Below, piece by piece: positions 9,441 through 18,361 of a DNA stretch of 64,000 nucleotides (its first letter is position 1; every line of letters begins with the position of its first letter). Location of the stretch: positions 155,456 to 219,455 of the forward strand of contig CP064981.1 in NCBI GenBank assembly GCA_016699555.1, written 5' to 3'. The notes under the pieces are model-generated. The model saw nothing but the letters and a program-made list of their open reading frames with translations. It was not told where the DNA came from and ran no database searches. The position numbers and the translations under genes are program-made. The stretch comes from Candidatus Iainarchaeum sp. Lineage in GTDB: Archaea > Iainarchaeota > Iainarchaeia > Iainarchaeales > VGJJ01.

Positions 9441-9515
9441 AGCGGGACGGGGCAGTCTGGAGTGCCCGTCGGGCTCATAACCCGAAGATCGAAGGTTCAA
9501 ATCCTTCTCCCGCTA
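9441..9515 (+). tRNA. tRNA-Met (CAU), initiator type (A1:U72, three G:C pairs in the anticodon stem)
   Basis: AGCGGGACGGGGCAGTCTGGAGTGCCCGTCGGGCTCATAACCCGAAGATCGAAGGTTCAAATCCTTCTCCCGCTA folds as a cloverleaf. Anticodon loop is CTCATAA. Confidence 0.85.
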
Positions 9516-9756
9516 TCTCTCTTTTTCAATACTTTTTGTAATCCCAAACAAAAACCCTTCAAAATACTCACTCACTTTATCATATACAGTGACTTTTTGT
9601 GCAGTTTTGATCATTTTTTCACCCTCATTCTTGGTTTTTTAGATCAAATTTCAGTAATTATTAACAGTTTATTATTTTATTCACTTTATTTGATATGTTG
9701 CATATTTTGAACCAATACTCAACTCAATTTTTAACGACTAAATATTAACAACCCGA

Positions 9757-9853
9757 GTAATTACTGTATTTATTGAGTAATTACTGCAAGTTTTGGTAAT
9801 TACTAGTAATTACCATAAGGTTTTTAAGTAATTACTATCATTACTATCATTAC
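9757..9853. repeat. Array of five palindromic GTAATTAC sites plus two ATTAC half-sites, phased at about 10 and 20 bp, immediately upstream of and overlapping the start of ORF 9855
   Basis: GTAATTAC occurs at 9757, 9777, 9796, 9806 and 9828, followed by (c)ATTAC tATC ATTAC C ATG. Confidence 0.7.
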
Positions 9854-9854
9854 C

Positions 9855-10331
9855 ATGTTGAAACTGATCGTTAGAAGCATCTTTTCCGGGGTCGATCGAC
9901 TCAAACAGTGGGTTGAGTACACTCCCAGAAATGAGAGCACTAACACAGAATCAATAAATCACAGAACAATTAGAATTAGTGAACAGAATGCCACAAAATC
10001 GCCTCCGCGCTTCAAAGTAGTGAATCTGTGGGACCACCTGAAGTTTAGGGAAGGAACCCAGGCACACCATGTGACACAGGCGCTTGATTTTGAGGAATGG
10101 ACGCCAATGGAAGAAATACTGCGTCGCGTGAAAGAGTTATTTGGAATTGAATACCAGAATGAAAGAAGCCTATACCCTTACTTGAAGACCCTTGTAGATA
10201 GCGGACTTCTTGAGTCTAGTGTAGTAGGCGGAAAAATGAGATGGAAGAAGAAAGGACTATTGATCAGCGTAGAAGAATTAGATAGAGAAATAGAGGCACA
10301 ACAAACAACCCCTATTTCACAACCCCTTTAG
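9855..10331 (+). CDS. Hypothetical protein of the integrated element, possible C-terminal winged-helix
   Basis: ATG start. C-terminal segment EEILRRVKELFGIEYQNERSLYPYLKTLVDSGLLES looks wHTH-like. Low GC. Confidence 0.45.
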   Translation: MLKLIVRSIFSGVDRLKQWVEYTPRNESTNTESINHRTIRISEQNATKSPPRFKVVNLWDHLKFREGTQAHHVTQALDFEEWTPMEEILRRVKELFGIEYQNERSLYPYLKTLVDSGLLESSVVGGKMRWKKKGLLISVEELDREIEAQQTTPISQPL

Positions 10332-10910
10332 TTGCTTAACTTTGTCATTAAATTCAGTTAAAACCTTAGACTTTGGGTGGTGCTGCTGAAACCACTCATG
10401 CGATAAAATCGCTTGAGATTCGGACAGAAGTACGCGTTTACGCACATCTAAGTTAGGTTGTGAGCCAGTTGAGGTGTCCAAGATTGTGCTCAATTCAGTC
10501 AAAATCTTCTGAGGTTGGGGGAAATCGGCAGTAATATAGGTGCGATCCAATAGATCCTCCAGCGACTGCACAACTTTCATATCTTCTAATTCCTTTTCAT
10601 CCATATAATAGACGGCTTTCCAGTCCCCTTTTGTTATCCATTTATGTGAAGGATTCTGTCCCGTCGCGAAAAATTGCTTTAATTTAGGGAATGCTTCAGG
10701 AGAAATAATGACACTATTCTTTCCGGGGCGATAATAAGGGGTGTCCGATAAGACACCTTTACGAAAATAATGGTACGTTTTTCCATTCGATTTTGTAACA
10801 TTTTGAGTATAACCATAGATTGCCCGGAAAAGTTTTTGGTAGGTGTAAGTCGAATGCTTAACTGATTCGGGAAGAATGAATTTGTATTGAATAAAGTAAC
10901 TTTTGGACAT
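10317..10910 (-). CDS. Hypothetical protein of the integrated element
   Basis: ATG start, 197 aa, low GC. No recognisable motif. Confidence 0.45.
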   Translation of the reverse strand: MSKSYFIQYKFILPESVKHSTYTYQKLFRAIYGYTQNVTKSNGKTYHYFRKGVLSDTPYYRPGKNSVIISPEAFPKLKQFFATGQNPSHKWITKGDWKAVYYMDEKELEDMKVVQSLEDLLDRTYITADFPQPQKILTELSTILDTSTGSQPNLDVRKRVLLSESQAILSHEWFQQHHPKSKVLTEFNDKVKQLKGL

Positions 10911-11044
10911 ACCAATGACCCCCCATAGTTCCGGTAATAATTCTTTTTCTTATTCTATTTAGGAATTGATTATGTATTCTTTAACTACATTAAATACTTA
11001 TGCCTCAAAATGAAACAGTCAACATAAAAGAAAAAATGGACTTC

Positions 11045-11362
11045 TTATCGGCGGCGATAAGAAGTATAGCTGGGGCGGCGCATAGCGGGCTGGGGTTCTT
11101 CCTCAACAGGCTGCTCTACGGGGCGAGATCGGGTTCCAACCAAGAGGATGTCTTTTGCGGACAAAACATTTTGGTAGGGGATTGATCGCTCGGTAATGAT
11201 CTTGCGGGCCTCTTGTTTCGTGCGAACCTTCAGGGGTTCGGTTGTCATCGTCTCAATTTTTCCTTTTTCAAGGTTGATAATCAAGTCGAAAATCTTTCCT
11301 TTGTATTCAGCGTTATCGGTATAGATATCCATTCCAAACAACTTGGAAATGCGTACGGTCAT
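11045..11362 (-). CDS. Small PRC-barrel-like protein (hypothetical)
   Basis: MTVRISKLFGMDIYTDNAEYKGKIFDLIINLEKGKIE resembles PRC-barrel proteins. The ATG at 11362 is preceded by GGGGAG; the track start at 11392 is TTG. Confidence 0.4.
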   Translation of the reverse strand: MTVRISKLFGMDIYTDNAEYKGKIFDLIINLEKGKIETMTTEPLKVRTKQEARKIITERSIPYQNVLSAKDILLVGTRSRPVEQPVEEEPQPAMRRPSYTSYRRR

Positions 11363-11645
11363 AGTTGATCTCCCCTGGTATGTTAAAACCAAATTTCAAG
11401 CATAGAGATGAAAATTCCTATTTAAGCTTACGCCTTATTCCTTGCCAAATTCCTTTGCAATTCAATCATAACTCTCAAATTTTCGCCTCTGAGAAATTCA
11501 CTTCTTCCGGTAACTCCATGGATTAGTGGAAGTGTGGGGGTAGGGTAAAGAAAAATTCAATTTCTTACTTTCTAAAACGGAAACTAAGTTATGTATTTTC
11601 TATCTACATAATATATGTTTCGTTTTGTGATTGGGGTAAGTGCTA

Positions 11646-12572
11646 TTAGAGATTATCAAGTGGACTCTGAACTTTCCTCAATTCTTCTTTGGAGACGTGC
11701 GTGTAGATTGATGTGGTTGCTAGGTTTGCGTGTCCTAACAGAATCTGGATCTTGCGAATATTCTCTCCGTTGTCTAGCAGGTGGGTGGCGAATGAATGTC
11801 TGAGCACGTGGGGGGTGACTCTTTTCATAATTTTTGCGCGTTCGGCCGAGTGACGCATGACGCGTTCAACGGTATCAGTAGAGATGGGTTTTCCATTTTT
11901 TTTGGCAAACAAAAACTCGCTTTTGGTTTTCCTACGATTGAGGTATTTTTTCATTTCTCCCATCCATTTCTGTGATAAGACGATTTCACGGTCTTTGTTT
12001 CCTTTTCCGCCTTGCACGCGCGCCATTCCTGCATTGAAGTCGATGTCTTGGAGTTTGATTTTGACTGCTTCTGAAACACGGACGCCGGTGGAATAGAGAA
12101 ACATCACGAGCAAACGGTTTCTTCCGGGTTTGGTGTTTTTGATGAGCGATTTGATCTCTTCAATCGTCAATACGCTGGGTAATTTTTTGGCTTTTTTGGG
12201 AATACGGACTTCGTCCATGACTTTCATTTGGAGATGTTTCTCGAGGAAGAACTTAATGGATGCATGCATGAGGGCCAGCGTGGCATTGGAGACATTTTTT
12301 TCTTTTGCACTAGCGAGGAATGCGACGATTTCTGGTTTTCCCACTTCGTGCGGCTTCTTCCGCAGTTGTTGCAAAAATTTTTCGACGTAGAGCAAGTACA
12401 TCTTTATCGTTTTTTCTGAATAACCCGAAATCAGTAATTCTTGACGAAACCCATTCATGATTTGTTCGATATCATTTTTGGGCAAAAAAGGATTTGAGAC
12501 ATCTGCAGGTGTATCAATCTGAATACGCGGGACAATCGGGGTGTTTGTGTCCAGCTGAAAATTCTCTTCCAT
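11646..12572 (-). CDS. Tyrosine recombinase/integrase, XerC/XerD(XerA)-like
   Basis: N-terminal SAM-like core-binding domain (LISGYSEKTIKMYLLYVEKFL). Catalytic motifs R..(VRVSEA), HVLRHSFATHLL, LLGHANLATTSIYTHV. GC is about 44%. Confidence 0.9.
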   Translation of the reverse strand: MEENFQLDTNTPIVPRIQIDTPADVSNPFLPKNDIEQIMNGFRQELLISGYSEKTIKMYLLYVEKFLQQLRKKPHEVGKPEIVAFLASAKEKNVSNATLALMHASIKFFLEKHLQMKVMDEVRIPKKAKKLPSVLTIEEIKSLIKNTKPGRNRLLVMFLYSTGVRVSEAVKIKLQDIDFNAGMARVQGGKGNKDREIVLSQKWMGEMKKYLNRRKTKSEFLFAKKNGKPISTDTVERVMRHSAERAKIMKRVTPHVLRHSFATHLLDNGENIRKIQILLGHANLATTSIYTHVSKEELRKVQSPLDNL

Positions 12573-12617
12573 GCCATTACTATGAATTTGCAGGATAAAA
12601 TAGTGTGGGCGCCGGAA

Positions 12618-12941
12618 CTATTCTTCGTCCAGCTCTTCTTCATCTTCTTTGGCTTCAACTGTTTTGGCATGTTTCTTGTGCGGTGTTCCCTGCTCAACCC
12701 CTTCTTCTGGCGCAGGTCCAACTTCCTCTTCCAATTCTTGCAAAATCTTCCCTTTCTTGCCCTTTTTGACTTCTTCGAAGTCTTCGGCCAACTCTTCGAC
12801 TTCTTCGTCGTCCAGCCCCAGCATATGGAGCTTTTCGAGGTGATCGTCCTTGGTCAGTTTATCGAATTGCTGTCGCCAAATCTTATCTTCCGGTTTTTCG
12901 ATCTTTCCGGTTGGCAATCGGCGGTTTCTGACGGGTTTCAT
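12618..12941 (-). CDS. Acidic hypothetical protein just upstream of and co-directional with the integrase
   Basis: MKPVRNRRLPTGKIEKPEDKIW... followed by a Glu/Asp-rich tail. The track start is GTG; the first ATG is at 12941. Confidence 0.4.
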   Translation of the reverse strand: MKPVRNRRLPTGKIEKPEDKIWRQQFDKLTKDDHLEKLHMLGLDDEEVEELAEDFEEVKKGKKGKILQELEEEVGPAPEEGVEQGTPHKKHAKTVEAKEDEEELDEE

Positions 12942-13101
12942 ATACTGAAAACGTTTCTTGAGGTTTAAAAAGGAGTTCCTGGGCGTGTGCCGCTGCACCC
13001 CTAAATAAAGAAATAAGTAATGCTTATATACTACCTAAGCTCTTTGTATTAGCTACCTACTCTTCTTTTGATTCACGTCAAAAGTTGACATTTTTTCAAT
13101 A

Positions 13102-13299
13102 ATGAGCCAAAAACGCTGGGAAGGGGTCGAAATGAAACTCGTCGCAAATGAGGAACTCCGTCTTAAGTTGCTGGAAGAGGAATTTAAGTTGCGCTCCAAG
13201 CAGCCTACTGCCTGGACCAAGACCAAGTTCCGCCCTTACGCCAACTTTCGCCGACCAAAGTCCTCGATTGAAGGGCAAGTTGCTGTTGCCACGCAATAG
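13102..13299 (+). CDS. Small hypothetical protein (65 aa)
   Basis: ATG start, intermediate GC. No recognisable motif. Confidence 0.3.
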   Translation: MSQKRWEGVEMKLVANEELRLKLLEEEFKLRSKQPTAWTKTKFRPYANFRRPKSSIEGQVAVATQ

Positions 13300-13393
13300 C
13301 AATGTTGTATCTGTTTTGCGTTCTGCGCAAAACACTGTCTTATTTTTTCGCGCTCTTGACTACCTTTAAATAATTTAGGTTTGTGTTGCTGTG

Positions 13394-13849
13394 ATGGAAC
13401 TCAATCCATTCACTATCGGGTTCATCGCTCTTGCTGTTTTGGCAATCGGTGCGGCGTATTATTTTTCTCCTTCTATCTTTTCGGCTCCGACTGGTCTTGT
13501 TACGGGGGTTCTGGAACCTTCGAATCCATTTTCCGGGAAGCTAACGAGTACGATCGAAAAAATGTTTCGCGATCAACCCCAATCCTATATCGAGCAGGAT
13601 GGGCGGCATGGGTTATTGCTTCCGGGCGGGGCGTCCGTGCAATTTAGTACTTCTCCCACTACCACGGAGCAGGATGTCGTGATTATCCTCAACGCCTCAA
13701 CGGCCAAAATAACAAGTTACCATGCTTATCCCGAATTCGTGCAGAACGAGTTCACGTATGTGCCTCCCGAGCAATTAGCGGGGGAAAGTCCCTACATTCG
13801 CGCGCAGTATCCGAATGGTATTTATTTGATGCCCGTGAATGTGAAGTGA
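13394..13849 (+). CDS. Membrane-anchored hypothetical protein
   Basis: N-terminal TM segment MELNPFTIGFIALAVLAIGAAYYF. The track start is GTG; the ATG is at 13394. Confidence 0.45.
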   Translation: MELNPFTIGFIALAVLAIGAAYYFSPSIFSAPTGLVTGVLEPSNPFSGKLTSTIEKMFRDQPQSYIEQDGRHGLLLPGGASVQFSTSPTTTEQDVVIILNASTAKITSYHAYPEFVQNEFTYVPPEQLAGESPYIRAQYPNGIYLMPVNVK

Positions 13850-13855
13850 TTCTGG

Positions 13856-14236
13856 ATGGAATTGAACTACCTCGAACTCGTTTCCTGGTTCACACTAGTT
13901 TCGTTCCTCGCGCTTTATTTCTTTCCCGACTATCGCCTGTATGCGCTCGTCCTGTTCGCTTTCGGTTTTGGTTTTTGGCTTTCTTGGAGCGAGTTGCATA
14001 CGATTGAAGTGGTCGTGCTGACGTTGATCCCGCTTTTCTTGAGTGTGGTGCTGCTATTCCTTACCTCTATCTTCTTCCAGGTCTGGGATACGACGACTTC
14101 ATTCAATTCCTTTTGGGCGTCTGCAGGGATTGGAGTTCTGGTCTTGTTCGGGCTTGTTGCACTGGTGGGGATTCCATTCTCCTATCTGGCGACGTGGATC
14201 CGTCACTTCCTGTTTCCGGTGACGGACGACTTGTGA
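13856..14236 (+). CDS. Multi-pass membrane protein, hypothetical
   Basis: Four hydrophobic helices. Converges on and overlaps the tail of the large minus-strand gene. Confidence 0.4.
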   Translation: MELNYLELVSWFTLVSFLALYFFPDYRLYALVLFAFGFGFWLSWSELHTIEVVVLTLIPLFLSVVLLFLTSIFFQVWDTTTSFNSFWASAGIGVLVLFGLVALVGIPFSYLATWIRHFLFPVTDDL

Positions 14237-17200
14237 TGCGTTCGCTCGTGCGCGGGATGGATTTCATCGTAATGGGCTTAGGGTTTTTCTTTTTCCACCA
14301 GTGGAATATCCCTGCGCCGCCGACCGCGAATATGACTCCGAGCAATGGCAATGTTTTTTCGGGAAGCGTGGCGAGTCCGGTAATGTTTTGCTTCTTTGAT
14401 TCGGCGTAAGCGAGGAGATTCCTTCCCACGTAGATGGCCTTTCCGTATTCGTTTGCTTGCATCGCATCGCTTACCTTTTGGAGGTTGTCTTTCCATTCCG
14501 CTTCGGCGATATCATACTGTTCGAGTGCTTTTTGCATCTGTTCGGCTTGCTCCTGCAATGCTGAACGCGCGTCATCGATCCTTGTCGCAATCGCTTTCGT
14601 CCGCTCTTCGATGAGGGGCAGGTTAGCGGCGATAGGCAGTATCGCTTCTCGTTTGATATCTTTCTTCGCAAGCTGTTTCTCGGCATCGCGGAGTTCTTTT
14701 TGGAGATCTTCCAGTTCTTCTTTCAAATCCTTCAGTTGGTTCTCGCTCAGGGGGCAGATGAAGTTTGTCTCGAGCAATTTATTGCAGGTGATTCCAAGCT
14801 CTTTTCCATATGCTGCAGCGCCATCGCGTGCAGAAAGAATGGTTTGATTTACCTCTGCGGCTTTTCCGAGGGTGGTGTTCTTGATTTCGCCGTCGGTGGG
14901 GGTAGCGTTTACTGGGATTGCCGCCGCATTGGTGTCGTTCTGCTCGAGCCATGTCATGGCGTTCTCCGCGCCCAACAAATTATTTTCTTCCATGAATGTG
15001 TCGAATGCGCTGCGCTGCCTTTCCCATTCAGCCGTGTTTCCTGTAGCGATTGTGCTTTTTCGCGCGGTAAGGTTTGCTTTTTTTTGCCAGTGCAAGTTCT
15101 CTTCTACCGCGAGCGCATCGAGTTCTGCTTGCCACTTCTGTAGTCCTTCGGCCCACTTTTGGGGGTTATTGTCCCCACCCCACTGTTCGACGCGATGGCG
15201 TAATGCAATTGCCTTTGCTGCGATGTCGGCGAAAGGGCTGGAGGTGTATTGTTGGATTCCTTGCAGGAGATTTTCTTTCAGCACATTCCAGCTTTCGATC
15301 CCTTGGGGTTGGGCGATGAGGATGGTGAACGTTCGCATGCCATTGGCTCCAATTTCTTGGGACTGGATGCCGAGGCTCCCTTCGCCCGTAGTGTTCCATG
15401 GAATGGTCTCGCCCAATTCTCCCAAAACCTGTACTGAAAGGGTTTCGAGCGGGTCGATGCGAATTCCGGTGCTGGCGCTCAAGCGGAATGGTTTTGCTAC
15501 GCTATTTTTCCATGTCACGGTGTACGTCGTCGTCTGTATTCCCTCTTCTTCACGGGCGCCGGCGAGTGCAGTGGTGGTGCGGATGACGTCTTGGAATAGG
15601 GTGTCGACGAGAATCTTCGTCGTGGGGGTGCGCAAAGGGATGAGTATCGATCTGCCTTGTTCGAGCAAAGCGGTACTGTCTTCCACCCATATACTCATCG
15701 GAGCGGTTGCGCCGATTCCATATTTTTCGCGTTCGAGCGGCAGGGTGGTGTCGGCTTGCGCGCTTGCATTCAATGTCATGCGCACCCGTGCTTGGTTTCC
15801 GATAAGTTCGCCGATGGTAATGTCCTCCGTCAGCCGGACAGGGATTCCGCTTCCGCGTGCTTGGATCGTGATGGGTTCGTTCCATTCCGATAGGGAGAGC
15901 GCCACCACTTCTTGTTTTTCGGTCCATGCGACGTTGGATTCGATTATTTCCGCCGTGTATGGGATGTTTACCTCCAGCTCAAGCGGGAAGCGGATTGGTT
16001 TGCCGGCCGGGTTGCGCATTTTCCACTCCAATACCATCTCGGCGGGGGCGTTTCCTTCCACGCTTGCGGGGGCGATTATTTCCCATCTTTGTCTGGCGAC
16101 TAACTCTTGGAGCGCTTCGTGTATGCGTTCGCGTGCTTCGCGCAAGGCTTCTTCCATCTCACGTTGATTTTCCTGCAGTGCCGAGAAGGGTTGTGGGTGC
16201 GTGAGCGTATCGATGCGTTGCCTGAGTTTTTTGCCGCTCTCTTCAAAGCGTGTTCCGTTGGCGCCGCGCAACTGCAATTGGTCGATGAGCATGAGGGTCT
16301 CATGCGCTTCCTTTTGAGTGGTATTCCATTCCCGCACGGTGGTGCTCTGCAAGTAGGCCGTTTCCACATTCTGCAAGGCGCTTTTGCAGGCGGAGTGAGC
16401 GAGCGCTGGGTCGCCATGATTGGATGCCAACCACTCCTCTTCCGATAAGGCGTTTCCGATGCGCATGCTTTCGGCGTACAGTCGTGTTCTTTCGACGCAT
16501 GCGGCGAATGCGTGTTTCTGTGCGATGATGAGTGCGGGTGCCGTAATAGTCGTCTTGTTCTCTTCGAGTTGGTGTAAAAGCGCGGCGCAGTATCCCCATT
16601 TCTTTTCCGTTTTGGCCTCGACTAGCTCTTTGGCGGCTAATCGCAATGAAGGGGATTCGTTGCTGCTGATGCTTTTGGCGAGCTCGTCACAGGCCGATTG
16701 GATTGGCGCTTGAGCGGCCTGATATGCGGCGATTTCCTGTTGCCATGCGACAAGGTTTTTTTCCCATGCTCTCCATTCCATGATGCGTTTTCCGAGCGCA
16801 AGGTTTTGTGCGCTTTCCTGCTCGATACGCTCTTTCCACTCGATTAGCGTCTGCAATTCGGCACGAAGCGCGGTGAAATCGTTTGCGGTTATCGTGCTAT
16901 GAAATGCCGGATTCCATGCCTCCAGCAAATGATAATTTTGACTTTCATTTTCTAGGATGGTTTCGATCTCGACGATTTGGTTTTCCGCCGCGAGGATTTT
17001 GGGTGTTGCTTCGGAGGCGTGTGCCGTTTCTTCTTTCTCCAATTCTTCTATTCCTTCTTCGATGGCGCGGATGTGCTGCATGATTCCGGCGTGAATTCCG
17101 TTGGTGGGCGCAAGCGCTGCTTCTGCGTGATAAATCATCTCGCTCGCTACCAATTCCTCAAGCACTTGGAGTCCTTTGACTGCGTTCTTGCGTGTGCGCA

Positions 17201-17939
17201 TGGAATTGAGGAAACTATTCCATGTGGGGAAGAACGCGATGATGAGCTTGCCGCTGTTTCCTGGTTCGAGGATTTTAGTCGGGGTCTTCAGCAGATCAAA
17301 TCCTCTGGCGGTGTCGATCGCATATGCGTTGGATTCTTTTCCGCTGATGCGCTGCGCGAGCGTTCCGAAGTAGCGGGTGTTGGTTTGCACTTTCTGCGCT
17401 AATGCACTGTGTGGGGTTTGGTTCTTGACTTCTTGGATGAATTCGACGGCTTTGGCGTAGGATTGGAATGCCGCCGAGTCTCTTACGCTGTTCAACTCGG
17501 CGCGTTCGGCTGCTTGCATGGTCTGTTGGAGCGCTTGCCAGGAATAGATCTGGCTCCTTTCGCTGTACAAGAGCGCCTCTCCGAGTGCGGTTCCGGCCAA
17601 TTGGGATTGATTCCATAATTCGCCGATCGTCCCATTGGTGCAGGCCGCTCTCACTTTCTGGAGCTTTTGCGTTGCATCGGTGAGGCGTAGCCATCCATTG
17701 ATGGTTTGGCTTTCGGCGCGCTCGACGAGGATGGAACTGTTCGTCTTGGTTCCGATTCCGCTCGCTTGTGTTTTCCGAAAAAGCGTCTGGCAAGCGGGGG
17801 CGGTCGTGCAAGGTTGCATGTGCGTGAGCTCCGCGCTGCTGGCGCGCAGGCAGGCAGCGGTCTCTCCCGCTGTGAGTTTGGCATCGAGGCATCCTGCGAC
17901 GACGATGAGGAGTATGATGAAGAATAGGGCCTTCTGCAT
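14103..17939 (-). CDS. Very large (about 1278 aa) coiled-coil-rich surface lipoprotein with a C-terminal TM anchor
   Basis: MQKALFFIILLIVVAGC is a signal peptide with a VAGC lipobox. Long A/E/Q/L-rich helical regions follow. C-terminal TM LLGVIFAVGGAGIFHWWKKK plus a cytoplasmic tail. The track start is GTG; the ATG is at 17939. Confidence 0.7.
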   Translation of the reverse strand: MQKALFFIILLIVVAGCLDAKLTAGETAACLRASSAELTHMQPCTTAPACQTLFRKTQASGIGTKTNSSILVERAESQTINGWLRLTDATQKLQKVRAACTNGTIGELWNQSQLAGTALGEALLYSERSQIYSWQALQQTMQAAERAELNSVRDSAAFQSYAKAVEFIQEVKNQTPHSALAQKVQTNTRYFGTLAQRISGKESNAYAIDTARGFDLLKTPTKILEPGNSGKLIIAFFPTWNSFLNSMRTRKNAVKGLQVLEELVASEMIYHAEAALAPTNGIHAGIMQHIRAIEEGIEELEKEETAHASEATPKILAAENQIVEIETILENESQNYHLLEAWNPAFHSTITANDFTALRAELQTLIEWKERIEQESAQNLALGKRIMEWRAWEKNLVAWQQEIAAYQAAQAPIQSACDELAKSISSNESPSLRLAAKELVEAKTEKKWGYCAALLHQLEENKTTITAPALIIAQKHAFAACVERTRLYAESMRIGNALSEEEWLASNHGDPALAHSACKSALQNVETAYLQSTTVREWNTTQKEAHETLMLIDQLQLRGANGTRFEESGKKLRQRIDTLTHPQPFSALQENQREMEEALREARERIHEALQELVARQRWEIIAPASVEGNAPAEMVLEWKMRNPAGKPIRFPLELEVNIPYTAEIIESNVAWTEKQEVVALSLSEWNEPITIQARGSGIPVRLTEDITIGELIGNQARVRMTLNASAQADTTLPLEREKYGIGATAPMSIWVEDSTALLEQGRSILIPLRTPTTKILVDTLFQDVIRTTTALAGAREEEGIQTTTYTVTWKNSVAKPFRLSASTGIRIDPLETLSVQVLGELGETIPWNTTGEGSLGIQSQEIGANGMRTFTILIAQPQGIESWNVLKENLLQGIQQYTSSPFADIAAKAIALRHRVEQWGGDNNPQKWAEGLQKWQAELDALAVEENLHWQKKANLTARKSTIATGNTAEWERQRSAFDTFMEENNLLGAENAMTWLEQNDTNAAAIPVNATPTDGEIKNTTLGKAAEVNQTILSARDGAAAYGKELGITCNKLLETNFICPLSENQLKDLKEELEDLQKELRDAEKQLAKKDIKREAILPIAANLPLIEERTKAIATRIDDARSALQEQAEQMQKALEQYDIAEAEWKDNLQKVSDAMQANEYGKAIYVGRNLLAYAESKKQNITGLATLPEKTLPLLGVIFAVGGAGIFHWWKKKNPKPITMKSIPRTSERITSRPSPETGSDGSTSPDRRMESPPVQQARTRPELQSLQTPKRN

Positions 17940-17989
17940 GCAGCCTGGATGCACGGGTTCATGTTAAAAATCTAGGGAAAATTGCGCGG

Positions 17990-18211
17990 CTAACTGCATT
18001 CGGTCAAGCTGGCTTTCCCGCGGTTCTGTTGGATCCCATCCGTCAAGCAGTCGACCTTTTCTTTGAGCAGTTGGTTTTGGGTATGCAAGAGTTTGGCTTC
18101 TTGCGCGAGCTTGAATTGTTCGGGTGCGACGAATTCTTGGAGGTATTGGGCGGAATAGATTCCGATGACAATCCCTATCACGAGCATGAGCGCGAAGGCG
18201 ATCATCTCCAT
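17990..18211 (-). CDS. Small single-pass membrane protein with a coiled-coil tail (73 aa)
   Basis: MEMIAFALMLVIGIVIGIY + QEFVAPEQFKLAQEAKLLHTQNQLLKEKV. It is the C-terminal part of track ORF 17990-18748; the Arg-rich N-terminal part of that ORF looks spurious. Confidence 0.4.
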   Translation of the reverse strand: MEMIAFALMLVIGIVIGIYSAQYLQEFVAPEQFKLAQEAKLLHTQNQLLKEKVDCLTDGIQQNRGKASLTECS

Positions 18212-18361
18212 GGATGGTTTTCCTTTTTTGCGGGTGTGTCCTTCGTCTTCCATTTCAAAAAGTAAGCGAATTCTGTTTATATCCTTTCTTCTTTTGCGGG
18301 TTTTGAAAAATTCATGCTCGTGGTAGGCTCTATTTAAGAACTTCTTTTTTCCCAGCTTGGT

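Larger units (their letters stand above)
9516..13100. mobile_element. Putative integrated element, about 3.6 kb and low GC, immediately 3' of tRNA-iMet; carries a Xer-type tyrosine recombinase
   Basis: GC content drops by eye to about 40-45% against about 57% in the flanks, and codons shift to AAA/AAT-rich. The block abuts the tRNA 3' end and contains an integrase gene plus small hypothetical genes and an iteron-like array. Boundaries are approximate; no att direct repeat was found by eye. Confidence 0.5.

Noticed and set aside
9520-9750. Possible small ncRNA or replication origin in the AT-rich tRNA-proximal region
   Set aside because: Only low-complexity AT-rich sequence without clear structure was seen. 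The better-defined palindrome array at 9757-9853 is reported instead.
11646-12572. Recombinase as chromosomal XerA for dimer resolution instead of a mobile-element integrase
   Set aside because: Not fully rejected. GC is about 44% against about 57% for the genome, and the gene lies in a compositionally distinct tRNA-adjacent block, which favours a mobile origin.
14434-17967. Many plus-strand ORFs (e.g. 14872-16167, 431 aa) antisense to the 1278-aa gene
   Set aside because: They are Arg/Ser/Cys-rich, low-complexity translations typical of antisense frames in GC-rich DNA. The minus-strand frame is continuous and has a signal peptide, a lipobox and a TM helix.
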